From Hyphomicrobiales bacterium (GTDB lineage: Bacteria; Pseudomonadota; Alphaproteobacteria; Rhizobiales; Rhizobiaceae), in the NCBI GenBank assembly GCA_003577315.1, contig QEVK01000004.1:21446-53445 (forward strand): 32,000 nt of DNA, read 5' to 3'. Both the position numbers and the translations under genes were made by a program. Shown piece after piece: positions 23,274-31,427 of the stretch. The notes under the pieces were generated by a model, which saw only the letters and a program-made list of their open reading frames with translations, made no database searches and was not told where the DNA came from. Within the stretch, counting starts at the first letter, position 1. Every line of letters begins with the position of its first letter.

Positions 23274-24371
23274 ATGAGACGAATTCTGACAGCGAGCGAT
23301 GTCGAGGCCGCGGTGAAGGGCGGCGCGGTGTTCGCGGCGGGCGGCGGCGGCTGGGCCGATCACGGCCGCATGCTCGGCACCGCCGCCGTCAACGCCGGCA
23401 CGCCCGAGCTCGTCAGCATGGACGAGGTGCCGGACGACGCCTGGATCGCCACCGCCGCCGCCATCGGCGCTCCCGCCGGGACGACGCAGTGGCAGATGCT
23501 GGGCGTCGACTACGTCAAGGCGGTCGAATTGCTTCAGCAGGAGCTGGGCGAGCCGGTCTACGGCCTCATCATCGGCCAGAACGGCAAGTCGAGCACGCTC
23601 AACGCCTGGCTTCCCTCGGCGATCCTGGGCACGCGGGTCATCGACGCCGTCGGCGACATCCGCGCCCATCCCACCGGCGACATGGGCTCGCTCGGCCTCG
23701 CCAACAGCCCGGAACCGACGATCCAGACCGCGGTCGGCGGCAACCGCGCCAACGATTCCTACATCGAGCTGGTGATCCGCGGCGCCACAGCGAAGGTCTC
23801 GCCGGTGCTGCGCAAGGCCTCCGACATGTCCGGCGGCTTCATCGCCTCCTGCCGCAACCCGGTCCGCGCCTCCTATGTGCGCGAGCACGCCGCGCTCGGC
23901 GGCATCTCGATGGCGCTGGAGCTCGGCGCGCGCATCATCGCGGCGGAGCCGAAGGGCGGCCGCGCCGTCATCGACGCGATCTGCGACAGCCTCAAGGGCT
24001 CGATCGTCGCCTCGGGGCCGGTCGCGAGCAAGGCGGTGGCCTATACGCAGGAGGCCTTCGACATCGGCACCGTCACCGTCGGCCAGGGCGGCGGCGCCTG
24101 CACGCTGCACGTCATGAACGAGTACATGGCCGTCGACGGCGCCGGCGGCGAGCGCCTCGCCACCTATCCCGACGTCATCACGACGCTCGACGACGACGGC
24201 GTGCCGGTCAGCGTCGGCGAGGTGCGCGAGGGCATGCGCTTGCACGTCCTGCACGTTCCGCGCCACGTCATTCCGCTTTCGTCGAGCGTCAGGGATCCCA
24301 GTGTCTACCCGGTGGTGGAAAAGGCGCTTGGAATCGACATCGCGAGTCACGTTCTGGGGGTGAAGGCATGA
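23274..24371 (+). CDS. DUF917-family protein (PF06032-type; hydantoinase-associated family)
   Basis: The 365-aa ORF begins MRRILTASDVEAAVKGGAVFAAGGGGWADHGRMLG...PDDAWIATAAAIGAP. The N-terminal GGGG motif and overall length match my recollection of DUF917. Its stop overlaps the next ATG as ATGA. Confidence 0.65.
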   Translation: MRRILTASDVEAAVKGGAVFAAGGGGWADHGRMLGTAAVNAGTPELVSMDEVPDDAWIATAAAIGAPAGTTQWQMLGVDYVKAVELLQQELGEPVYGLIIGQNGKSSTLNAWLPSAILGTRVIDAVGDIRAHPTGDMGSLGLANSPEPTIQTAVGGNRANDSYIELVIRGATAKVSPVLRKASDMSGGFIASCRNPVRASYVREHAALGGISMALELGARIIAAEPKGGRAVIDAICDSLKGSIVASGPVASKAVAYTQEAFDIGTVTVGQGGGACTLHVMNEYMAVDGAGGERLATYPDVITTLDDDGVPVSVGEVREGMRLHVLHVPRHVIPLSSSVRDPSVYPVVEKALGIDIASHVLGVKA

Positions 24372-26023
24372 GCAAGGTCTTTTCGGTGACGGGAGGCACG
24401 GCGCTGCGCTGCAAGGGCTGGCGGCAGGAGGGCCTGCTGCGGCTTCTGGAGAACGTTCTCGCCGTCGGCGAGAACCCGTCGGAGCTGATCGTCTACGCCG
24501 CGCTCGGCAAGGCCGCCCGGGACTGGGCCTCGCACGACCGCATCGTCGAGACGCTCAGGACGATGGAGGAGGACGAGACGCTGATCGTCCAGTCCGGCAA
24601 GCCGATCGGCCTGATGAAGACCCATGCCGCCGCCCCCGTCGTCGTCATGGCCAACTGCAACATGGTCGGCCAGTGGGCGAAGGCCGAGAACTTCTACGAC
24701 TGGGAGAAGCGCGGCCTGATCTGCTGGGGCGGGCTGACCGCGGGCGACTGGCAGTATATCGGCTCGCAGGGCGTCATCCAGGGCACCTACGAGATCTTCA
24801 TGCGCATCGCCGAGCGCCATTTCGGCGGCAGCCTCTCCGGCCGCTTCGTCCTGACGGCGGGGCTCGGCGGCATGGGCGGCGCGCAGCCGCTGGCCGGCCG
24901 GCTGGCCGGCGCCGCCATCCTGTGCGTCGAGATCGACGAGGCGCGCATCCGCAAGCGGCTCGACATCGGCTTCCTCGACGCGGTCGCCCCCGACCTCGAC
25001 GCCGCGCTCGCCATGATCCGCGAGGCGCAGGCCGCGGGCCGGGCGCTGTCGGTGGGGCTTTGCGCCAACGCCGCCGACGTCTATCCCGAGATCGTGGCGC
25101 GCGGCATCGTGCCGGACGTCGTCACCGACCAGACCTCGGCGCACGATCTCCTCTACGGCTACATCCCCGCCGGCTACACGCTCGACCAGGTGCGCGCGAT
25201 GCGCGGCAGCGACCCCCAGGCGCTGATGGCGGCGAGCCGCGGCTCCATCGTGCGCCATGTCGGCGCCATGCTCGCCATGCGCAGGGCCGGCGCCGTGGCC
25301 TTCGACAACGGCAACCTCATCCGCACGCAGGCGAAGGAAGGCGGCGTCGCCGACGCCTTCGACATCCCGATCTTCACCGAGGCGTTCCTGCGGCCGCTCT
25401 TCGCCCGCGCCATCGGCCCGTTCCGCTGGATCGCGCTGTCCAACGACCCGGCCGACATCGCCGCGATCGACGATTTCATCCTCGAGCGCTTCCCCGACAA
25501 CCGCATCGTCACCAACTGGATCGGGCTGGCGCGCAAGCACGTCCCCTTCGAGGGGTTGCCGGCCCGCATCGCCTGGCTCGGGCATGGCGAGCGCACCGAG
25601 CTCGGCCTCGCCGTCAACCGCATGGTGCGCGAGGGCAGGCTCGCCGGCCCGGTCGCCTTCACCCGCGACCATCTCGACGCCGGCGCGATGGCGCATCCCA
25701 ACATCATGACCGAGCGCATGCGCGACGGGTCGGACGCCATCGCCGACTGGCCGTTGCTCAACGCCATGCTCAACTGCTCGTCGCAGGCGGACCTCGTGGC
25801 GATCCATTCCGGCGGCGGCGGCTATTCCGGCTACATGACGAGCGCCGGCGTCACGCTGGTGGCCGACGGCAGCGAGGCCGCCGACCGGCGGCTGCGGCTC
25901 ACGCTCGACAACGACACCGCGCTCGGCGTCATGCGCTACGCCGATGCCGGCTACGAGGAATCCTTCGAGGAGGTCGAGGCCAAGGGCCTCGGCTATTTCG
26001 ATCTTCGCCCGGCCAGGGGCTGA
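24368..26023 (+). CDS. Urocanate hydratase (HutU) family paralogue, divergent
   Basis: This is 551 aa taken from the 22193-26023 ORF. It shows LIVQSGKPIG, YIGSQGVIQGTYE, the NAD site TAGLGGMGGAQPLA, VTDQTSAHD, GPFRWIAL, GLPARIAWLG, RDHLDAG and MRDGSDAIADWPLLNA. Several canonical urocanase positions differ (see findings). Confidence 0.88.
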   Translation: MSKVFSVTGGTALRCKGWRQEGLLRLLENVLAVGENPSELIVYAALGKAARDWASHDRIVETLRTMEEDETLIVQSGKPIGLMKTHAAAPVVVMANCNMVGQWAKAENFYDWEKRGLICWGGLTAGDWQYIGSQGVIQGTYEIFMRIAERHFGGSLSGRFVLTAGLGGMGGAQPLAGRLAGAAILCVEIDEARIRKRLDIGFLDAVAPDLDAALAMIREAQAAGRALSVGLCANAADVYPEIVARGIVPDVVTDQTSAHDLLYGYIPAGYTLDQVRAMRGSDPQALMAASRGSIVRHVGAMLAMRRAGAVAFDNGNLIRTQAKEGGVADAFDIPIFTEAFLRPLFARAIGPFRWIALSNDPADIAAIDDFILERFPDNRIVTNWIGLARKHVPFEGLPARIAWLGHGERTELGLAVNRMVREGRLAGPVAFTRDHLDAGAMAHPNIMTERMRDGSDAIADWPLLNAMLNCSSQADLVAIHSGGGGYSGYMTSAGVTLVADGSEAADRRLRLTLDNDTALGVMRYADAGYEESFEEVEAKGLGYFDLRPARG

Positions 26024-26094
26024 AGCGGCGGCCGGGCGGGAGACCGCGGCCGCGCAGACCGTGAAATGAACAGGAAACAAGAGGGAACAGGCAA

Positions 26095-27129
26095 ATGAAC
26101 GTTTCAAGACTGCTTATCGCCGCGGCGACGACACTGTCGATCTCCGCATTCTCGTTCGCCGCGACCGCGCAGGAGAAGGTCACCTTGCGGGTGCACTCCT
26201 TCTCGAGCCCCGTCGCGCCCGAGGCCGTCCACATGGTCCTGCCCTTCATCGAGAAGGTGCGCGAGGAGTCCGGCGGCCGTCTCGAGCTGGAATTCTACCC
26301 GGGCATGCAGCTCGGCGGCCGCGCCAGCGACCTGATCCAGCAGCTCGAGGACGGCGTGGTCGATTTCGTGGTGACGATCCCCGGCGTGACGCCCGGCCGC
26401 TTCGCCGGCCTCGAGGGCATGGACATGCCCTTCACCAATGTCGGCACCTCGGCCGGCCAGACCGCGTCGCTGCTGGCCTTCGCCGACAAGTGGCTGCTGG
26501 ACAACGAGTTCGAGGGCATCAAGATCATCCACATGCACGCCACGGACGCCGGCGTGCTCCACACCACCAGGAAGAAGATCGACAACGCCGCCGCCATGCA
26601 GGGCCTGCGCATCCGCGCGCCGGGCCGCTATGTCGGCGAGGCCATCACCCTTCTCGGCGGCACCCCGGTCGGCCTCGCCCTCGGCGAGGTCTACGAGGCG
26701 CTGGAGCGCGGCCAGATCGACGGCATGGCCATCAACTGGGCGATCATGCCGTCCTACAAGTTCGAGGAGGTCACGAAGTTCAGCCTCGAGACGCCGCTCT
26801 ACCAGACGCCGATCATGGTGCTGATGCGCCAGGAATCCTACGACAACCTGCCGGACGACCTGAAGGCGGTGATCGACAACAACATCGGCATCGAGAAGTC
26901 GGTCGAGGTGGCGAAGAAGATCGACGAGCTGACGGTGCAGGCCAAGCAGGTGGTGAAGGACGCCGGCAACGAGATCTACGCGCTCGACGACGCCGAAAGG
27001 ACGCGCTGGATCGAGACCGCCACGCCGGTCTACAAGATCTGGATCGACGAGATGAACTCCAGGGGCCTGCCGGGTCAGGAGATGTTCGACGACATCCTCG
27101 CCATCACGGCCGCCAACGGCCGCGAATAG
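26095..27129 (+). CDS. TRAP transporter substrate-binding protein (DctP family), Arg-containing carboxylate type
   Basis: The 344-aa ORF has signal peptide MNVSRLLIAAATTLSISAFSFAATAQ. Its core MQGLRIRAPGRYVGEAITLLGGTPVGLALGEVYEALERGQIDG retains the KIR/RIR arginine. Confidence 0.85.
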   Translation: MNVSRLLIAAATTLSISAFSFAATAQEKVTLRVHSFSSPVAPEAVHMVLPFIEKVREESGGRLELEFYPGMQLGGRASDLIQQLEDGVVDFVVTIPGVTPGRFAGLEGMDMPFTNVGTSAGQTASLLAFADKWLLDNEFEGIKIIHMHATDAGVLHTTRKKIDNAAAMQGLRIRAPGRYVGEAITLLGGTPVGLALGEVYEALERGQIDGMAINWAIMPSYKFEEVTKFSLETPLYQTPIMVLMRQESYDNLPDDLKAVIDNNIGIEKSVEVAKKIDELTVQAKQVVKDAGNEIYALDDAERTRWIETATPVYKIWIDEMNSRGLPGQEMFDDILAITAANGRE

Positions 27130-27148
27130 GCAGGAAGCGGGCACTGCG

Positions 27149-27682
27149 ATGCGAGAAACCCGTCACGGGCGCCTGAAGCGCCTCCTGCTGCTCCCCTGCA
27201 AGGGAGCAGCCCTGTTCGGCGGCGTCTTCATGATCGCCGGCGTGCTCGTGGTCGTCGCGAGCGTCATGGGCGGCATCCTCGGCAAGCCGCTCCTGGGCGA
27301 TTCCGAGATCGTCGACAGGTTCATCGGGATCGCGATCTTCTGCTTCCTGCCCTACTGCCATCTGATGGGCGGGAACATCGTCATCGACTTCTTCGCCAAG
27401 CCGTTCCCGCAGGCCGTCCAGGACGGGCTGGACGTCGTCATGAACCTGCTGTTCGCCGCGCTCGCCGCCTTCATCTCGTGGCGGCTCATGGCGGGCGGCA
27501 TCACCACCTTCGAGCGCGGCCGCCAGAGCATGTTCCTGCAACTGCCGGAGTGGCCCGTCTATCTGGTCGCAAGCATCGTCACCGTCCTTTGGGTGCTCGT
27601 CATCCTCTTCGCGGCCTACGAGGCGTTCCTGCGCATGACCGGGAAGCTCGAGGCCGCGCGCGGGAGCACGGATTTCGGATAG
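27149..27682 (+). CDS. TRAP transporter small permease (DctQ)
   Basis: The 177-aa ORF has four TM segments and lies between DctP and DctM. The exact start is uncertain, because an internal Met at MIAGVLVV is also possible. Confidence 0.75.
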   Translation: MRETRHGRLKRLLLLPCKGAALFGGVFMIAGVLVVVASVMGGILGKPLLGDSEIVDRFIGIAIFCFLPYCHLMGGNIVIDFFAKPFPQAVQDGLDVVMNLLFAALAAFISWRLMAGGITTFERGRQSMFLQLPEWPVYLVASIVTVLWVLVILFAAYEAFLRMTGKLEAARGSTDFG

Positions 27683-27735
27683 GCGCGGGCGCCTCGCGTC
27701 CCGCACGCTCCTCGAAACGATTGGGGAAACAGAGA

Positions 27736-29052
27736 ATGGACAGGATCGAGATCGGCCTGTTGATGTTTGCGGCGTCGCTGGTGCTGATCGCGCTCAGGAT
27801 GACGGTCGCCGGCGCGATGCTGCTCGTGGGCGGGCTCGGCTATGCGGCGATCGTCGGCTGGTCGCCGCTGCTCAGCACCATGAAGACGATGACGTACTCG
27901 AAATTCTCGAGCTACTCGTTGTCGGTGCTGCCCTTCTTCCTGCTGATGGGAGAATTCGCGACCAAGGGCGGCATGAACAGCCGCCTGTTCCGCGCCGCGC
28001 GCGCATGGCTGGGCCACTGGCGCGGCGGCCTCGCCATGGCCACCATCGGCGGCTGCGCCTCCTTCGGCGCGGTCTGCGGCTCGTCCATCGCCACGGCCGC
28101 CACCATGTCGCAGGTGGCGCTGCCGGAGATGCGCAAGCTGGGCTATTCGCCGGCGCTCTCGACCGGAACGCTGGCGGCCGGCGGCACGCTCGGCATCCTC
28201 ATCCCGCCGTCGATCATCCTCGTCATCTACGCCATCTACACCGAGCAGTCGGTGGGGGCGCTGTTCGCGGCGGCGATCGTGCCGGGCATCATCGCCATCG
28301 TGCAGTACATGCTCGTCGTGGCGCTCTACAGCCGCTTCGTCAAGGGCGCGGCGCCGCGGCTGGAGAAGGCGAGCTGGCGCGAGCGCATCGAGGCGACGCT
28401 GGAGATCTGGCCGATCGGCATCGTCTTCGTGCTCATCGTCGCCGGCATCTATCGCGGCTGGTTCTCGCCCACCGAGGCGGCGGCCATCGGCGCCTTCGCC
28501 ACCCTGGTGCTCGCCGTCGTCCAGGGCGGCATGCGCTGGAAGGGCTTCATCGAGGCGGTGCTCTCGGCCGGCTCGCTGTCGGCGATGATGTTCCTCATCA
28601 TGCTGTCGGCCGAGCTCTTCGCCGCCGCGCTGGCGCTGTCCCAGCTTCCCAGCGAAATCTCGAAATGGGTGGTCGGCCTCGATTTCGGGCCCTACACGAT
28701 CCTGTTCTGCATCATCGTGATCTACCTGGTCCTGGGATGCTTCATGGAATCGCTGGCGATGGTGCTGCTGACGCTGCCGGTCTTCGTGCCGGTGATGCTG
28801 TCGCTCGATTTCGGCGTGCCGAGCAACGCGGTGCTGGTGTGGTTCGGCATACTGGTGCTGATGAGCGTCGAGATCGGCATGATAACGCCGCCCTTCGGCC
28901 TCAACCTGATCGTCATCAACTCGCTGGCCAAGGACATCCCGATGAAGGAGACCTATGTCGGCGTGCTGGGCTTCGTCGGCATGGACATCGTGCGCGTGAT
29001 GGCGGTGCTGTTCTTCCCCATACTTCCGCTGTGGCTGCCGGGCCTGATGTAG
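27736..29052 (+). CDS. TRAP transporter large permease (DctM)
   Basis: This is 438 aa taken from the 27478-29052 ORF, starting MDRIEIGLLMFAASLVLIAL. It shows LPFFLLMGEF, GGCASFGAVCGSSIATAATM and MITPPFGLNLIV. It is the same length as the DctM at 14319. Confidence 0.9.
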   Translation: MDRIEIGLLMFAASLVLIALRMTVAGAMLLVGGLGYAAIVGWSPLLSTMKTMTYSKFSSYSLSVLPFFLLMGEFATKGGMNSRLFRAARAWLGHWRGGLAMATIGGCASFGAVCGSSIATAATMSQVALPEMRKLGYSPALSTGTLAAGGTLGILIPPSIILVIYAIYTEQSVGALFAAAIVPGIIAIVQYMLVVALYSRFVKGAAPRLEKASWRERIEATLEIWPIGIVFVLIVAGIYRGWFSPTEAAAIGAFATLVLAVVQGGMRWKGFIEAVLSAGSLSAMMFLIMLSAELFAAALALSQLPSEISKWVVGLDFGPYTILFCIIVIYLVLGCFMESLAMVLLTLPVFVPVMLSLDFGVPSNAVLVWFGILVLMSVEIGMITPPFGLNLIVINSLAKDIPMKETYVGVLGFVGMDIVRVMAVLFFPILPLWLPGLM

Positions 29053-29074
29053 GGACGGCGACGCTTGCCGCACC

Positions 29075-29113
29075 CGCCCCCCGCTTCAGGCCTGCGCCCT
29101 GAGGCGGGGGGCG
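29075..29113. terminator. GC-rich hairpin at the convergent dctM / lysR junction (possible bidirectional terminator)
   Basis: CGCCCCCCGCTTCAGG (29075-29090), loop CCTGCGC, then CCTGAGGCGGGGGGCG (29098-29113). The 16-bp arms have one mismatch and no U-tract on either strand. The hairpin overlaps the last codons of the LysR gene. Confidence 0.4.
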
Positions 29114-30015
29114 AGCCTGTCCGCCTCGCACACTTCCCGCAGCGAATCGAGGAACTCGCCGGCCCGCTTCGTGAAGGGGTGGCGCTCGCGCGTGTGGGCA
29201 TAGATGCCGAAGCGCAGCGGCGGGTCGATCGGCCGCACCGAAACGGCCAGATAGGGCGCGGCGGCGGTGAACTCGTCGACGACGGCGCAGCCCGTCCCCG
29301 CCGCCACGATGTTGCGGGCGATGTAGTAGGTCTGGACCTGGACCGGCGGCGAGAAGGCGAGCCCGCTCTCCTCCATGGCGGCCTTGAGCTGCAGGCCCAG
29401 ATAGTGGGTGTCGTTGAGCCCGATCAGCCGCTTCGCGTCGATCTTCGCCAGCTTCATCGGCATGCCGTTCAGCGAGGGGCTCCTGCCGGGCGTGTCGATA
29501 TAGACCATCTCGCCGGTCGAGATCAGCTTCGAGACGATGCCCGGCGTCTCGCCGCCATATCCCTCGCTCGGCCCGAAGGAGAGGCCGACGTCGAACTCGC
29601 GGCCGAGCAGGCCGTCCATCATCTCCCGCTCGTGCCGCGTGGCGACCTCGATGAAGGTGCGCGGGCGCCGGCTGCGGAACAGGTGGATCGCGCGCGGCAC
29701 CACGCCCATGCCGAGGCTCGGCAGGCAGGCGATGCGCAGATGTATCTCCAGGCCCTCGCGCAGCACCGTCGCCGTATGGCGGGTGCGCTCGAGCGCCTCG
29801 TAGACGCGCTCTATGTCGAGGAAGAGCGTTTCGGCCTCGTCCGTCGCCAGGAGCCTGCCGCGCAGCCGGCGGAAGAGCTGGAAGCCCAGCTGCTGCTCGG
29901 CGTGCTTCAGGATCTTGCTGACCGCCGGCTGGGTGATCGAAAGGGCGGCGGCGGCGGCGCTGGTCGAGCCCGTGCGCCGGACGGCATGAAGAACTTCGAT
30001 ATGCCGCAAACGCAT
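29086..30015 (-). CDS. LysR-family transcriptional regulator
   Basis: This is 309 aa taken from the 29086-31413 ORF, starting MRLRHIEVLHAVRRTGSTSAAAAALSITQPAVSKILKHAEQQLGFQLFRR (LysR HTH), followed by a substrate-binding domain. The ATG is the complement of 30013-30015. Confidence 0.88.
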   Translation of the reverse strand: MRLRHIEVLHAVRRTGSTSAAAAALSITQPAVSKILKHAEQQLGFQLFRRLRGRLLATDEAETLFLDIERVYEALERTRHTATVLREGLEIHLRIACLPSLGMGVVPRAIHLFRSRRPRTFIEVATRHEREMMDGLLGREFDVGLSFGPSEGYGGETPGIVSKLISTGEMVYIDTPGRSPSLNGMPMKLAKIDAKRLIGLNDTHYLGLQLKAAMEESGLAFSPPVQVQTYYIARNIVAAGTGCAVVDEFTAAAPYLAVSVRPIDPPLRFGIYAHTRERHPFTKRAGEFLDSLREVCEADRLAPRLRAQA

Positions 30016-30195
30016 GGCGCGCAGCTCCCCGGCGGTATGTCGAGGCCGGACTATAGGGCCGGGGCCGGCGGTTGGGAACCTCGCCGACTTCGGTCTTCGT
30101 GATGGGCCGGTTCGGCAAATCCTATTTCCGCCGGCCGCGCGCACGCCGGATACTGACCGCCACTTCGGGTTCGTCGCCCCGGGAGGGCAGGCATC

Positions 30196-31392
30196 ATGAC
30201 CGCATCCGCGCGCGCGCCGCTCGACGGCGTCGTCGTCCTCGATTTCAGCCGCGTCCTGGCCGGCCCGTTCTGCTCGGCCCTGCTGGCGGATCTCGGGGCG
30301 GACGTCATCAAGGTCGAGCCGCCGCAGGGCGACGACCAGCGCTGGATGGGCGCGTTCAGGGACGGCATCAGCGTCAGCTTCGAGCTGATCAACCGCAGCA
30401 AGCGCTCGATCCGCCTCGACCTGAAGACCGAGGAGGGGCGAAAGATCGCCCTGGCGCTGGCCGGGCGCGCCGACGTGGTGATCGAGAACTTCCGCCCCGG
30501 CGTCGCCGAGCGCCTCGGCATCGGCTACGAGGCGCTGAAGGCGCGCAGGCCCGACATCGTCTACTGCTCGATCTCCGGCTTCGGCCAGGCGGGCCCGATG
30601 GCGCAGTTTCCCAGCTACGACGTCGTCGCGCAGGCGCTGTCGGGGATGATGAGCATCACCGGCATGCCCGACGGCGAGCCGGTGCTGGTCGGCGATTCGA
30701 TCGGCGACACGGTCTCCGGCCTCTACTGCGCGCTCGGCATAGCGCTCGCCCTGTTCCGCCGGGCGTCCACGGGCGGGGGCGCGCATATCGACATCGCCAT
30801 GTTCGACGCCCTGTTCAGCCTGCTGCCGACGGCGCTGGCCTCCTGGCAGGTGACGGGCGAGGCGCCGGGCAGGGCCGGCAACCAGCACCCGCTGTCGGCG
30901 CCCTTCGGGGCCTTCGCCGCCCGCGACGGCCTGTTCATGCTGGCGATCGCCAACAAGGCGCTGTTTTCCCGCTTCGCCGGGCTGATCGGCCGGCCGGAAC
31001 TCGCCGCCGACCCCCGGTTCGACAGCGACCCGGCGCGCCGGACCAACCGGGCGGCGCTTCGCGAAATCATCGAGGAATGGGCGCGCGACAGGAGCGCGGC
31101 CGCCGTGGTCGCGCTGCTCGGCGAGGCCGGCATTCCCGCCTCGACGATCTGGAACGTCGCCGAGGCGGCGGCGAGCGACCATGCGGCGAGCCGCAAGCTG
31201 ATGAGCGAGGTCGAGCATCCGCGTCTCGGCCGCCTGCGCCTGCCGGAGCAGCCGCTGCATTTCGCCGGTCTGGGGCGCGGCGCGGTCCGGCGCGCGCCCG
31301 ATCTCGGCGCCGACGGGGCCGACATACTCGGCCGCCTGCTCGGCATGGAGCCGGACGAGGTGCGCCGCCTCGTCGAGAGCGGCGCAATCTGA
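30196..31392 (+). CDS. Family III CoA-transferase (CaiB/BaiF/Frc type)
   Basis: The 398-aa ORF shows PLDGVVVLDFSRVLAGPFCSALLADLGADVIKVEPP, ENFRPGV, GFGQAGP and YDVVAQALSGMMSITG. RBS GGGAGGG lies upstream. Confidence 0.88.
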   Translation: MTASARAPLDGVVVLDFSRVLAGPFCSALLADLGADVIKVEPPQGDDQRWMGAFRDGISVSFELINRSKRSIRLDLKTEEGRKIALALAGRADVVIENFRPGVAERLGIGYEALKARRPDIVYCSISGFGQAGPMAQFPSYDVVAQALSGMMSITGMPDGEPVLVGDSIGDTVSGLYCALGIALALFRRASTGGGAHIDIAMFDALFSLLPTALASWQVTGEAPGRAGNQHPLSAPFGAFAARDGLFMLAIANKALFSRFAGLIGRPELAADPRFDSDPARRTNRAALREIIEEWARDRSAAAVVALLGEAGIPASTIWNVAEAAASDHAASRKLMSEVEHPRLGRLRLPEQPLHFAGLGRGAVRRAPDLGADGADILGRLLGMEPDEVRRLVESGAI

Positions 31393-31427
31393 GGCGCGCC
31401 TTCGGCCAGGCAAGGGGAGACAGTTCG

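Noticed and set aside
24368-26023. Calling this gene hutU of a histidine-utilisation operon
   Set aside because: No hutH, hutI, hutG/hutF or hutC lies in the window, and several positions I recall as conserved in urocanases are substituted. It is therefore annotated only as a HutU-family paralogue.
26066-26098. A 10-codon mini-ORF (MNRKQEGTGK) whose stop overlaps the ATG of the TRAP SBP gene
   Set aside because: It has no RBS, lies in the purine-rich stretch that itself serves as the SBP Shine-Dalgarno region, and is too short to evaluate. It is probably coincidental.
21756-26107. Minus-strand ORFs 21756-24350 (864 aa) and 24347-26107 (586 aa)
   Set aside because: They are antisense to the UbiD, DUF917 and HutU-paralogue genes. 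Their content is low-complexity Arg/Ala/Gly/Asp/His with no domain signatures.
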